A stretch of DNA of 64,000 bases from a candidate division BRC1 bacterium ADurb.Bin183 (GCA_002070185.1 MWCT01000007.1:735-64734), one strand, 5' to 3'. Numbered from the stretch's first letter, positions 1-10,185 are shown. Numbers and translations are program-made. The notes: generated by a model from the letters alone, not told the origin.

Positions 1-61
1 CTTGACGCACGCCCTCAAAAGGGCGCGCAACATCGCCCTTATTCCGTTCAAGGCTGGTTAA
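1..61 (+). CDS. 3' end of an unidentified upstream gene (partial)
   Basis: Open frame runs from the window edge to TAA at 59-61 and is followed by a terminator hairpin. Too short to assign. Confidence 0.2.
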   Translation, partial: LTHALKRARNIALIPFKAG

Positions 62-97
62 TTTTTACACCAGTAAACGAGACGGGGAAAAAAGAGA

Positions 98-135
98 AGG
101 GAGAAACGCCTCGCTTCTCCCTTCCCCGTTTCTTT
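98..135. terminator. Bidirectional rho-independent terminator
   Basis: Hairpin GGGAGAA-acgcctcgc-TTCTCCC (98-120). An A-run precedes it and a T-rich run follows. It sits between the convergent plus gene end (61) and minus gene end (148). Confidence 0.5.
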
Positions 136-147
136 ATTTATGCGGTC

Positions 148-1101
148 TTATTTTTCCGGTTTTCTTAATGAACCGTCATCATTAAGAATATCGTAAGGTG
201 TAACCTTGAGCTCATCCTGAACAACGTTCGTCACTACATTGACGGCATCAATCGGAACGGCATCAAGGGGTTTGTCCGAGACAAGATATATGGTTCCGTC
301 AATCGTCAGTTCGCGCCCCTCGCGTCTATCAATCCAGTCGCTCGTAAAGTTCTGCACGGCGGCTTTCTGATCCAAAAGCCAACCCTTGAAATCCTCGCGC
401 CGATTATTCCTATATTCCAACCGCGCCAGAAACTCATCATTGCGTCTTTTGTCTTCGATGCTAATGTTATCCCCGTCCACCTTAAGCAATCTGACAAGTT
501 CGCCTGTTGTTGTCTTGACGCCGTTGATATTGGCGTAATCAATTCCATCCAATCTGGTTTTTGCGCCGGAAGTCAGAAAAACCTGATTCTGGATATATTT
601 TTCCCAAAGCTCCATCTGGTTATACCAGTATTGCCAGCAGGCGCGATAGATAACATATTCGATGGGTTCATCCCGCGGCGCGGATTGAAGCGCTTGATTA
701 TACGCCTCTAAAAACGCGTCCAGCTGCTGAGAGCCTTTGGCGGGTTCATATTTGATTGACCGCTCGATTGGAGCCTTGCTCAATGCCTTGTTATAAGCAT
801 CCATCTCTTTGGCATAATTGAGACGGGAAAGAGCGTTCGTAACAGTGGCTTCAGGCGCTTCGGGTTTTTTTAGGTTTTCGGGAATCTTGCGGGAATAAAA
901 AGCCTCTTGATTAATTATCACTCGGTCGAACCGAGGCGATGAAAGTTTGATCTCCCAGCGGTTAAAGGGATTGGGCGCGTCCTTTTTTATGGAATATCCC
1001 TCTCCCTGCGGAAGAGGGCGCGTTTCCTGCGCAAAGGATGAAATGGCAAAGATTGCCAGCAACCCCATCAATGCGCATGTCAACTTTCGCATGAAGCCCA
1101 C
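148..1101 (-). CDS. Secreted hypothetical protein (N-terminal signal peptide)
   Basis: 317 aa ORF. N-terminus MRKLTCALMGLLAIFAISSFAQE is a typical signal peptide. No recognisable catalytic motif. Confidence 0.6.
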   Translation of the reverse strand: MGFMRKLTCALMGLLAIFAISSFAQETRPLPQGEGYSIKKDAPNPFNRWEIKLSSPRFDRVIINQEAFYSRKIPENLKKPEAPEATVTNALSRLNYAKEMDAYNKALSKAPIERSIKYEPAKGSQQLDAFLEAYNQALQSAPRDEPIEYVIYRACWQYWYNQMELWEKYIQNQVFLTSGAKTRLDGIDYANINGVKTTTGELVRLLKVDGDNISIEDKRRNDEFLARLEYRNNRREDFKGWLLDQKAAVQNFTSDWIDRREGRELTIDGTIYLVSDKPLDAVPIDAVNVVTNVVQDELKVTPYDILNDDGSLRKPEK

Positions 1102-1188
1102 CTCTCATTTTTACTAATTTAGGATTGTATTCATATTACAGGGTTGTTTTCTCTTGCAAGCTTTTTTCGCAGGAGAACGGAGCAAATT

Positions 1189-1908
1189 TCACACTCCCTC
1201 TGAAGACGCCGCCGTTTCGCCTGAAATCGGTTTGGGCGTCCAAAAGGCAAATCCGTTCTTTCCCGATGACTTCACTTTGCTCATCGCCTCATCCGCTCGA
1301 TTGAGCAACTGCTCCAGATTATCGCCGTCTGTTGGATAAATCGAAATACCGATGCTAACGCCGATAGCCCAATCCTTGCCTTTGATGGTGTATAAAGACG
1401 CCAGTTTTTGCAGAACTTTTTTCGCCACCTGACTGGCGTCGTCCCTTCGAGAAAGATTCGGCAGCACAATCGCAAACTCATCGCCACCCAACCGCGCCAC
1501 AATATCGCTCTCGCGCACAGAAGCCTGCAAACGCATGGCAACGTCGCACAAAACCTCGTCTCCCGTCTTGCGCCCCAACTCTTCATTAACCGGTTTGAAG
1601 TCGTCCAGATCAAGATAAAGAAGACCCAAAAGCGTGCGGTTGCGTCGGGCGCTGGCGGCGGCAAGATGGAAAAAATCCCCCAAAAGCAGACGATTGGAAA
1701 GCCCCGTCAGATTGTCGTGATTGACAAGATGCCGAATGCGCTCCTCCGCCTCAACCTCTTTTTCCCGTTCCTTTTCAAGGATGATTTTTTGCTCCTCCAA
1801 TTGCTGCAAAGCCATGCGCATCTGGGCGGATTTGGAGCGCGCATCCCTCCATAAGATGGCATTGTATGCAAGGGATAAAATAGCAATAATGGCAAGAGCG
1901 GCAACCAT
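1189..1908 (-). CDS. Diguanylate cyclase (GGDEF domain) with N-terminal TM and coiled coil
   Basis: GGDEF signature in ...RLGGDEFAIVLPN... with upstream ...LTGLSNRLLL... and ...YLDLDDFKPVNEELG... N-terminal hydrophobic helix and EEQK coiled coil. Confidence 0.85.
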   Translation of the reverse strand: MVAALAIIAILSLAYNAILWRDARSKSAQMRMALQQLEEQKIILEKEREKEVEAEERIRHLVNHDNLTGLSNRLLLGDFFHLAAASARRNRTLLGLLYLDLDDFKPVNEELGRKTGDEVLCDVAMRLQASVRESDIVARLGGDEFAIVLPNLSRRDDASQVAKKVLQKLASLYTIKGKDWAIGVSIGISIYPTDGDNLEQLLNRADEAMSKVKSSGKNGFAFWTPKPISGETAASSEGV

Positions 1909-2055
1909 TGTTTTTCTCCATCAGAAAAAATAAATTCGATTACCCGCTGCCCAAAGAAACATCGTCTTTATTGAAAACATACTTTCCCCGATTCCAAAAA
2001 TGATAATGGTATATCCCCTTGTATTAAATCAACGAAATAATTTATACTGAATCAA

Positions 2056-3051
2056 TTATTCTGAGGGGACAAGCACCACCTTGGTTTTCATGAGATCGCT
2101 GAGGGCTTTACGGGTCAATTGAAGATTCCAGCGGACAAATGTCCCTTCTACAGAGGTCTCGGATGAAATAAGGAAGGAACAGAAAAAAATATTCGCCCCT
2201 TCCTTTTTAAGAATGCTTTTTCTCCAGTTCTCAAGATATTCATGGAAATTCTTTGCCTTGGCGGTGTCGGAAAAAAATGTCAGCGCCCGCGCCGTCGCCC
2301 CGTCGGATGCCTGCTCAAAAGAAACAGATATAAAATCCTGACCAGAAAGCCGCTGGGCAAATGCCGGTTGAGCCTCCTTGAAAGAACGAATGTAGTCAAT
2401 CTGCATAAACGATGCAGGCTTTGCCGCCGCCCAGCCGATGCTTGCCCCATTGGTTTTATCCAGCAGGCGTTCGAGATTTTTGGGCAGACGAGAACCTTTT
2501 ATTTTTATGCCGTCCAACGACTGTCGAATAAGACCGGAGTCACCCGCAAGGATAGTGGAAGATTCCGGAAAGCAATAACCCGCCCCTTCGTTTTCATAAA
2601 TTGTCATACCATTGTAATCAACCGCCTTCATCAAAAGCCCAGCTGTGAACCCGAGCCGCATATTCACTGCGGAATTGTCAAAACTCCCTTTGATAACAGA
2701 AAGCGCGCGCAAATCCGTTTCGGGATTGCCCGCCACATAGAACATGGCATATTGGACATCTGTTTGCAGGTTGATGCCCACCATCCCTTCAATGGCTTGA
2801 ATGTATTGATTCAATGCAAGCCCCATGGCAGGATTGCCCGACTGGGAGCTGTTGGCAAACTGAAAATAAGCGCGGCAGTCCAAATGCCCCACCATCCAAA
2901 AATCCCGCGGCTGATATCGAAGGCATGGATTGGCGGAGGCTTTGGCAAAAGAAACCGCCGGAGCGGGTGATTGCGCCCTAGCGCAAGCGATGAACAGGAT
3001 TAATACGAAAGTCAAAAAGAACATTTTAACAACATTAGAGCGGGAAATCAT
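2056..3051 (-). CDS. Secreted hypothetical protein
   Basis: 331 aa with a signal peptide (FFLTFVLILFIACARAQ). No recognised domain. Confidence 0.55.
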   Translation of the reverse strand: MISRSNVVKMFFLTFVLILFIACARAQSPAPAVSFAKASANPCLRYQPRDFWMVGHLDCRAYFQFANSSQSGNPAMGLALNQYIQAIEGMVGINLQTDVQYAMFYVAGNPETDLRALSVIKGSFDNSAVNMRLGFTAGLLMKAVDYNGMTIYENEGAGYCFPESSTILAGDSGLIRQSLDGIKIKGSRLPKNLERLLDKTNGASIGWAAAKPASFMQIDYIRSFKEAQPAFAQRLSGQDFISVSFEQASDGATARALTFFSDTAKAKNFHEYLENWRKSILKKEGANIFFCSFLISSETSVEGTFVRWNLQLTRKALSDLMKTKVVLVPSE

Positions 3052-3247
3052 AGCCGGCTTTTCCTTTCATTATCAATTATGGTTTTATTACCTGCGGTTT
3101 TATTAACCCGCAATCAAGCGAAAAACAGGGGCGTTCTCCCATAATAAAACTCTTTACAGCGTTAGCGGGAAGTTTTACATAGAGATGAATTGTTTTCGTA
3201 ATAAAAAACTTTCGGGTGTAATTTGAATAATTTTTGCGAGGGTTGAT

Positions 3248-4132
3248 TTGTTTTCCGCCCTGATAAAATCCTTGCGCCCAAAACAATGGACAAAAAACCT
3301 CCTGCTTTTTGCGGGCGTGATTTTCACGGGCAACCTGAAAGATGTCGCGCTTTTGGCGCGCGCCTTTGCCGGATTCGTTCTCTTTTGCATCCTCTCCGGC
3401 ACAGTCTATCTGATAAACGACCTGTGGGATATTAAAAGCGACCGGCAGCATCCCGAAAAGAAAAACCGCCCCATAGCCTCGGGGCGCCTCTCCATTGGCG
3501 CGGCGGTGGCGGCTGTATTTATTATCGGCGTCCCAGCCCTTTTCTTTTCTTACATGTTGGGCGTCGCCTTTGGCCATTGCGCCCTTTTATATTTTGTCCT
3601 TGTGACCTTATACTCCCTTTATCTGAAACATTTTGTGATATTAGATTTGATGCTCGTGGCTTTGGGTTTTGTGATAAGGGCTGTGGCGGGTATCGAGGCA
3701 ATTGAGGTGGCCGGGAAGATACTGGAAATTACGCCATGGTTCCTTGCCTGCGCCCTGTTTTTGGCGCTTTTTATGGCAATCTGCAAACGGCGGCACGAAA
3801 TCATGTTATTGAACAATGGGGCGGCGGGGCATCGGCGCGTTCTTGCGGAATATTCCCCCGTTTTCCTTGACCAGATGGTGGCGGTGACAACATCCGCCAC
3901 AGTGCTTTCTTACGCCCTTTGGAGCACAATCGGCAAATTTGCGCACCACCATATGATTCTTACTCTGCCCTTTGTTATTTATGGAATATTCAGATATCTT
4001 TACAATGTATATCGAAAGGATGAGGGCGGTTCGCCGGAAATCATCCTTTTGAAAGATCGCGGCTTGCAGGTGGATATTCTTCTATGGCTGATTTCCATTG
4101 TCATGCTTTTATATCTTTATAAGCCGTCATAA
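3248..4132 (+). CDS. UbiA-family prenyltransferase, decaprenyl-phosphate phosphoribosyltransferase-like
   Basis: N-terminal RPKQWTKNLLLFAGVIF motif and a polytopic membrane profile, typical of DPPR-synthase-like UbiA enzymes. The start is an alternative TTG, so the start is uncertain. Confidence 0.7.
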   Translation: MFSALIKSLRPKQWTKNLLLFAGVIFTGNLKDVALLARAFAGFVLFCILSGTVYLINDLWDIKSDRQHPEKKNRPIASGRLSIGAAVAAVFIIGVPALFFSYMLGVAFGHCALLYFVLVTLYSLYLKHFVILDLMLVALGFVIRAVAGIEAIEVAGKILEITPWFLACALFLALFMAICKRRHEIMLLNNGAAGHRRVLAEYSPVFLDQMVAVTTSATVLSYALWSTIGKFAHHHMILTLPFVIYGIFRYLYNVYRKDEGGSPEIILLKDRGLQVDILLWLISIVMLLYLYKPS

Positions 4133-4156
4133 TAAAATCACTGTCCGGGCTCGACA

Positions 4157-5410
4157 ATGCGCATCCTGATATTAAGCCATAACCTGATTGAACGCGGAAA
4201 TTATTTTCGCGCCCTCAAATTTGCGCATTTTCTTGCCGCTAAAGGACATGATGTCACCTTTATGCCATCCTCAAACAGATGGTATAAACCGAAAAAATAT
4301 CAGGCGGGGAAAGTCAAAATCATCGAATCGCCCAGCTGGTCGTTTGTCATCGGGATTGACGACGGCTGGTCGCCGCTTGGGATTCTTTATCGAATATGGA
4401 CAGCCCTGAAAAAAAAATATGATGTCGTTTATGGATTTTCCCACAAGCCGATTGATTTTATTGCGGCTTATGCGGCAAAAATCCTCCGCGGAAGTTTTTA
4501 CATCAGCGACTGGTGCGACTGGTGGGGCAAAGGCGGACTCTTTGAGAATATCAAACACTTCAGAGATATGAATCCAAATCTTTCGCCGACTCGAAAATGG
4601 ATTTTAGAAATGTATGACCGTATCGAGGCGAACCTTGAAGAATTCGTCCCGCGCCGCGCGGATCTGGTGACCGTTATCTGTCAAGCGCTGAATGACCGCG
4701 CCGTTGAAATCGGCATTGCTCCCGAGCGCCTCCTCAAACTCGTCTCCGGCGCGGATACAGAAAATGTCCGCCCGATGGACAAAGATAAGGCGCGGGAGGA
4801 AATCGGTTTATCCGCGCTTTTAGCGGGGAGCAATGCGGCAATACTCGGATATACGGCAAATTATCATCTGGATGAGTCGCTGCTTTTAGAAACTATGTCG
4901 CTTGTCTGCCGCAAAAAAATAGATGCCAAACTCCTTGTGGTCGGCGCAGAATTTCGAACCCCTGATGAGCAAATGAAAAAATGGGGGTTGAAAATTTTTG
5001 ATGCCGAATCTGGAGAGCCAATGGCAAAAGAGCATAACATCATCCATTTCGGCAGGCGCCCTTTCAGAGATGTTCCCGCCTATCTGGCGGCGAGCGACAT
5101 CCTCCTTCTGCCCATGACGGATATCATCTATAATCGCGGACGCTGGCCCCATAAAATCGGCGATTACCTTGCCGCCGGACGCCCCATCGTTGCTAATGAC
5201 GTTGGCGATATTCCGATTCTTTTAAGAGGACGCGATGCCGGTTTAATAGCCGCGTCCGATGCGCAGGATTTTGCGGATAAGATTATTGAGATGATTCAGG
5301 CTAAAACCCGATGGGCTGAATTCGGCGCCAACGCCCGCAAAATTGCCGAAACGGAGCTGGATTGGAATACCATTGGCGAACGTTTGTATCAAAGGATTTC
5401 ATTAATATGA
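4157..5410 (+). CDS. Glycosyltransferase family 1 (GT4-type)
   Basis: 417 aa. N-terminal MRILILSHNL..G.. Rossmann-like and C-terminal GT1 fold motifs (..PMTDIIYNRGRWPHKIGDYLAAGRPIV..). Confidence 0.8.
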   Translation: MRILILSHNLIERGNYFRALKFAHFLAAKGHDVTFMPSSNRWYKPKKYQAGKVKIIESPSWSFVIGIDDGWSPLGILYRIWTALKKKYDVVYGFSHKPIDFIAAYAAKILRGSFYISDWCDWWGKGGLFENIKHFRDMNPNLSPTRKWILEMYDRIEANLEEFVPRRADLVTVICQALNDRAVEIGIAPERLLKLVSGADTENVRPMDKDKAREEIGLSALLAGSNAAILGYTANYHLDESLLLETMSLVCRKKIDAKLLVVGAEFRTPDEQMKKWGLKIFDAESGEPMAKEHNIIHFGRRPFRDVPAYLAASDILLLPMTDIIYNRGRWPHKIGDYLAAGRPIVANDVGDIPILLRGRDAGLIAASDAQDFADKIIEMIQAKTRWAEFGANARKIAETELDWNTIGERLYQRISLI

Positions 5411-6303
5411 ACCAGCCGGAAATTTCCATAGTCGTGCCGGTTTATAATGGCGAGGCAACCATTGCCCAATGCATAGAAAGTCTGCTTGCCCTCGATTATC
5501 CAAAGGATAAATACGAGATAGTTGTGGTGGATAACGCCTCCACAGATGGAACGGCAAAGATTCTGGATAATTATCCGGTTCGCGTTCTGCCGGAAAACCG
5601 CCGCGGCGCGTGTTGCGCCAGAAACACAGGATGGCGGGCGGCGGCTTATGACCTTATCGCCTTCACCGATAGCGACTGCCGCGTTGAAAAAAACTGGCTC
5701 AGTTCAATTGCGCCTCATTTTCAAGACCCGATGGTCGGCGCCTGCGGCGGTCCGCTCGACTCCGCAAAACCTCAAACCGTCATTGAAGAATATGTCATCC
5801 GCAAAGACATCCTTTCACAGGAACGCGCCATGCGCAACGAGCCCATCTCGCCGCCCTTCCTCATCACCGCCAACGCGGTCTATAGGCGGGAGGCGCTGGA
5901 AAAAGTGGACGGCTTCGACGACGCCTTTACATTGGCGGGCGAGGATGCCGATTTATGCTGGCGCATTGTCTGGCTGGGTTATTCTATTGAATATGAGCCG
6001 GCGGCAACTGTTATCCACCAGCACCGTTCCACATTGCGGGGCATGCTCAAACAGGTGCGAAACTATGGCGCAGGCTCGGCGCGATTGTTCAAAAAACACC
6101 GCAAAAAATTCGGTTATAATTCCTTTTTTATATCACAGCCGTATAAGGAATTGTTCTTTTCTTTTTTCAAGATGCCGTTTAGTTTGGTTTTCAAAAAAAA
6201 CAGATTAGAGCGTGTGATGCCTATATTAGATTTTCTGGGCGCGTTTTGTTTTCTCTGGGGAAAAATCACAACGAGCATAAGACTCGGCGTGAGATTTTTT
6301 TAA
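5407..6303 (+). CDS. Glycosyltransferase family 2
   Basis: ISIVVPVYNGE...VVDNASTDGT...FTDSDC (DXD) motifs. ATG at 5407 overlaps the upstream stop codon (ATGA). Confidence 0.85.
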   Translation: MNQPEISIVVPVYNGEATIAQCIESLLALDYPKDKYEIVVVDNASTDGTAKILDNYPVRVLPENRRGACCARNTGWRAAAYDLIAFTDSDCRVEKNWLSSIAPHFQDPMVGACGGPLDSAKPQTVIEEYVIRKDILSQERAMRNEPISPPFLITANAVYRREALEKVDGFDDAFTLAGEDADLCWRIVWLGYSIEYEPAATVIHQHRSTLRGMLKQVRNYGAGSARLFKKHRKKFGYNSFFISQPYKELFFSFFKMPFSLVFKKNRLERVMPILDFLGAFCFLWGKITTSIRLGVRFF

Positions 6304-6322
6304 GCGGGTGAACGAGTAATTT

Positions 6323-7981
6323 ATGCCGGATTTTGAAAATAAAATATCGCCTGCCCAAAAGGAACATGAAATAATCCTTTCCGATATTCGCAAAGGCAAA
6401 TCAGACGGCATCGGGCAATTTCGCGACCTCCTTAAACGGTTCCCCGATTTTTTGCCAGCCATGGGCGACCTCGCTTGGGCGCTCGCCAAAAAGAATCGCC
6501 ACGAAGAGGCTATCGCCCTTTATGAAAAATACCTCGCCATTCAGCCCGCAAACCCAGAACCGCGTTGGCGCATCGGCGACCGCCTTATCAATCTGGGGCG
6601 GCTTGATGAAGCGATTGATTCATACCAGCGGGTTTTGGAAAAACGCCCCAATTGCGAGGACGCTTCGACAGGGCTTAAATATATTAAATACCTCAAGCAA
6701 AAAACCGACAAAACCTCAAAAGTGGATGTGCCGATTCCTTCTCAACTTTCACCGCGGCAACAGGAAAATCTTGAACTTAACAAAAAAGAATACAACGAAA
6801 AGCGTCTCCATCTCAAATCCCATCCCCCGCAGCTCTATCTGGAAAGCACCACAAAATGCAATTTTTTCTGCCGCACATGTGAAAAAGGCTATGCCCCTTA
6901 TTACGCCGAAGACCTCAGACCGGAAATTTGGGAAAAAGTCCGCGCAGAGGCAATGCCATGGATTGTCACCATCAGCATCACCGGTTTTGGCGAGCCGACT
7001 ATGGCTTCCAATTTTGACTCCATTTTAGAAACATCGCTTCACAATGGCTCGCATGTGCATTTTGTGACAAATGCCTCTTTGCTTAATTTTCCCCGCATTG
7101 AGCAACTCACACGATACCCCGTTAAAATACAGATTTCTTTGGACGGCGCCACCAAAAAAACCTTTGAGGACATTCGAACAGGCGGGAATTTTGAACAGGT
7201 TTGTGAACGGCTTGCCATGATAAAAAAATTACGCGACATCCATCTTTCCGAGGTTTACTCCGAGTTCTCGCTCATTTTTGTAGCCCTGCGGAAAAATATC
7301 CACGAACTGCCCGATGTGATTCGTTTGGCGCATCGCTATGGAATTATGAAAGTCTGGGTGGCGGATTACGATTTAGGCGGCAGGGAATTTGATGAGCAAT
7401 CGCTCAGACGCGAACCGCAAAAAGCAAATAACCTTCTTCATGAAGCGCAAACAGTTGCCGAGGAGCTGGGTGTTGAACTTGTTTTACCCGCGCCCTATTC
7501 TGAAAAGCAGCCCCCGCCGGCAAAATCGGGGCTTTGGAAAAAAATTATCAGCGCGCGCCGGCTTTTTCCCAAACCGAAAAGATTCCCGCAGAGATGCCAT
7601 AGTCCTTGGTCGGAGCCTTACATACACAGCAACGGAATCATCACACCCTGTTGCGCCAGCAACCAGTTTCTTGGCGATTTGAATAAAACCCCATTCTTTC
7701 AGATATGGAATGGATGGCGGTATAAACTCATGCGTTGGAGAATCGAAAGCCCGCTGCCTGCTCTCGGCTGCCGAAGATGCTTCGTCATCTGGGGCATCAA
7801 CGGCGGCAACGCCGGCAGCGTGCTGGCGCAGGAGGGACTTCTGATAAAGATGTTTTATTTTATGGAAACGCGCCTTTTAAGTTTGGCTCAAAAAATATAT
7901 CAATTACTTCAAGGAGCGCCTCAGACGCCCATTCCCAATTATGTTAAAGGGCGTCCCATTATAAATAAGGAAGTGCCATGA
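6323..7981 (+). CDS. TPR-repeat / radical SAM / SPASM-domain fusion protein
   Basis: N-terminal TPR-like helices (..ALYEKYLAIQPANPEP..). CX3CX2C motif CNFFCRTC. C-terminal Cys-rich region (CHSPW...PCCAS...CRRC) typical of SPASM auxiliary clusters. Confidence 0.75.
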   Translation: MPDFENKISPAQKEHEIILSDIRKGKSDGIGQFRDLLKRFPDFLPAMGDLAWALAKKNRHEEAIALYEKYLAIQPANPEPRWRIGDRLINLGRLDEAIDSYQRVLEKRPNCEDASTGLKYIKYLKQKTDKTSKVDVPIPSQLSPRQQENLELNKKEYNEKRLHLKSHPPQLYLESTTKCNFFCRTCEKGYAPYYAEDLRPEIWEKVRAEAMPWIVTISITGFGEPTMASNFDSILETSLHNGSHVHFVTNASLLNFPRIEQLTRYPVKIQISLDGATKKTFEDIRTGGNFEQVCERLAMIKKLRDIHLSEVYSEFSLIFVALRKNIHELPDVIRLAHRYGIMKVWVADYDLGGREFDEQSLRREPQKANNLLHEAQTVAEELGVELVLPAPYSEKQPPPAKSGLWKKIISARRLFPKPKRFPQRCHSPWSEPYIHSNGIITPCCASNQFLGDLNKTPFFQIWNGWRYKLMRWRIESPLPALGCRRCFVIWGINGGNAGSVLAQEGLLIKMFYFMETRLLSLAQKIYQLLQGAPQTPIPNYVKGRPIINKEVP

Positions 7982-9129
7982 ACAACCAAAAAACCCAAAC
8001 AGTGAACCAATTTGACATCATCTGCCTCAGCCATTTGAAATGGGAGCATACTCTCTTCCAACGCCCCCAGCAGATAATGCGGCGATTTGCCCGCGACCAT
8101 CGCGTCATCTATGTGGCGCACTGCTCCACAAAAGAATTCCTATCCGCATTTTTTAAAGGGCGCATCCGCGATTATATCGGGCAGGAGGGCGAAAACCTGC
8201 ATTATCTGACCATCCCATTCCTGCCTTTTTCTCGACGCATCGGGTTTCTGCGCAAACTGACAGACCGTCTAACGTCCTTTGCGGCTAAACGGCACGCGCG
8301 CCGCCACAAATTCAGAGACATCTATCTCTGGCTTTATTATCCCAGCTACGTCCATCACCTCAAAATGTTTAACTATAAAAAACTTATATACGATTGCATG
8401 GATTTGTTCCGCGGGTTCAAATCATCCGTCGGCAATGTGCAAGATATCGAAAATGAACTCCTGAAAAAAGCGGATATCGTTTTCACCGGCGGACGCAGCC
8501 TTCAAAAATCAAAAGAAGGCATCAACCCCAGAACCTATTGCTTCCCCAGCGGCGTGGAATATGACCATTTTTTCAAGGCGACTCTTTCCGAAACTTCTAT
8601 CCCTGACGACATCAAAAACATCAAACCTCCCATCCTTGGATATTTTGGCGCGGTGGATGAACGGATTGATTTCAAACTTCTGGATGAGGTTTGCGCCGCC
8701 CGTCCCGATTGGTCGGTTGTCCTGCTCGGACCCCTTGTGCAAATGGAAAAAACTCCCGTTGAGCGCCCCAATTTCCACTACCTTGGCAAAAAAAATTATG
8801 GCGACCTGCCGAATTATCTCAAAGCGTTTGACGTCTGCCTGATGCCTTTTGTCATCAGTGACTTGACCCTCCACATCAGCCCGACCAAAACGCCTGAATA
8901 TCTCGCGGGCGGCAAACCCGTTGTCTCCACGCCTATTCCGGATGTCATCGCCGATTATTCGGACGTCGTGGCAATTGCCTCAACGTCTGAAGAGTTCATC
9001 CAAAAAACCGAAGAATGTCTCTCGGATAAAATAGGCGACCTCCATATTCGCATCCGCCAAAAGGCGGAAACCAAATCGTGGGATTATATTGCCGGCGAAA
9101 TGAAAAAAATGATTATGAATCTGGAATGA
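7978..9129 (+). CDS. Glycosyltransferase family 1-like
   Basis: 383 aa. DIICLSHLKWEHTLFQRPQQIMRRFA N-terminus and C-terminal ..GKKNYGDLPNYLKAFDVCLMPF.. are typical of GT1/GT4-like enzymes. Overlaps the upstream stop by 4 nt. Confidence 0.65.
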   Translation: MNNQKTQTVNQFDIICLSHLKWEHTLFQRPQQIMRRFARDHRVIYVAHCSTKEFLSAFFKGRIRDYIGQEGENLHYLTIPFLPFSRRIGFLRKLTDRLTSFAAKRHARRHKFRDIYLWLYYPSYVHHLKMFNYKKLIYDCMDLFRGFKSSVGNVQDIENELLKKADIVFTGGRSLQKSKEGINPRTYCFPSGVEYDHFFKATLSETSIPDDIKNIKPPILGYFGAVDERIDFKLLDEVCAARPDWSVVLLGPLVQMEKTPVERPNFHYLGKKNYGDLPNYLKAFDVCLMPFVISDLTLHISPTKTPEYLAGGKPVVSTPIPDVIADYSDVVAIASTSEEFIQKTEECLSDKIGDLHIRIRQKAETKSWDYIAGEMKKMIMNLE

Positions 9130-9328
9130 TACATTAACCGGTAAGAGTCAATCAACGAAGGATACTATAATTAAACTAACACATTATATGCCCATATCAC
9201 ATCGAACTTTTGTAATCACCTCCCATCCAGTTCTTATCTCCAATAACGGTTGACATGAGGCGCGGACGGCATTATGTCTTTTCTCATTAAATCACGCAAT
9301 TAACTGCAAAAAGACGGAGTTATTTTCA

Positions 9329-10111
9329 GTGGATGTATCAATTGTCCTTATCAATTATCGGATGGCGCATCTTCTGACGCCCTGCCTCAAATCAATCTAT
9401 TCGGGAGGTAACCGGCTCTCCTTTGAGGTGATTCTCGTCAACAAACCCTCGGAGGACGGCGCGGAAAAACTCACGGAAGAATTCAAGGATTTGCGCCTGA
9501 TACCTTTCCCGAAATTCGGAATCAGCATCATGCGCAACGAAGGCATCCGCGCCGCAAAAGGGCGATATATCCTAATCCTTGATGCCGATACAGAATCGCA
9601 TCCGCAGGCGCTGGACGCCCTGCTTGAGTTCATGGAATCACATCCGGATGTGGGTGTGGGCGGCGGAAAAACTGTTCGTCCCGACGGCTCTTTAGAATTT
9701 TCATGCAAACGATTTTACACAATGATGACAATCTTCTCGCGGCGGACGCCTCTCGGGTCTTGGTTCCCCAACAATCGCTGGGAGCGCCGCCACCTGATGC
9801 TTGATGAAGACCACAACTGCCCCCTCGAATGCGATTGGGTAGCAGGCGCTTGTTTCATCATTCGGCGGGAGGTCATCGAACAAATCGGTTATTTTGACGA
9901 CACCTTTTATTTTGGGTTTGAGGATGTGGATTTTTGTTTTCGGGCAAAAAAGGCGGGATGGAAGGTGCAATATATCCCCAGCGCTGTCATCATCCACCAC
10001 GTCCAACGCAAAAGCCTCGGCTTCAACACATTAAGCTGGGAACATTTCAAAAGCGGGGTGCGCTTCTGGTGGAAGCATTACATTCTCAAAAAGTCGAACG
10101 CCCCCAAATAA
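9329..10111 (+). CDS. Glycosyltransferase family 2
   Basis: VSIVLINYR...ILILDADTE...GACFIIRREV motifs of GT2. Confidence 0.8.
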   Translation: MDVSIVLINYRMAHLLTPCLKSIYSGGNRLSFEVILVNKPSEDGAEKLTEEFKDLRLIPFPKFGISIMRNEGIRAAKGRYILILDADTESHPQALDALLEFMESHPDVGVGGGKTVRPDGSLEFSCKRFYTMMTIFSRRTPLGSWFPNNRWERRHLMLDEDHNCPLECDWVAGACFIIRREVIEQIGYFDDTFYFGFEDVDFCFRAKKAGWKVQYIPSAVIIHHVQRKSLGFNTLSWEHFKSGVRFWWKHYILKKSNAPK

Positions 10112-10142
10112 AAAAATCCGCCATCGCATAAGGATAGCGGAT
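10108..10142 (-). terminator. Rho-independent terminator for the small minus-strand gene
   Basis: Hairpin ATCCGC-catcgcataaggata-GCGGAT. Read on the minus strand it is followed by TTTTTTT. Confidence 0.45.
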
Positions 10143-10185
10143 GCCTTAAGCATAACCGGGAATATAGATTAACTAAGAATAAGAT

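Noticed and set aside
5522-6208. 228-aa ORF in an alternative frame inside the GT2 gene
   Set aside because: Fully nested within a well-supported GT2 CDS. Arg/Ser/Pro-rich composition is typical of an out-of-frame translation of GC-rich DNA.
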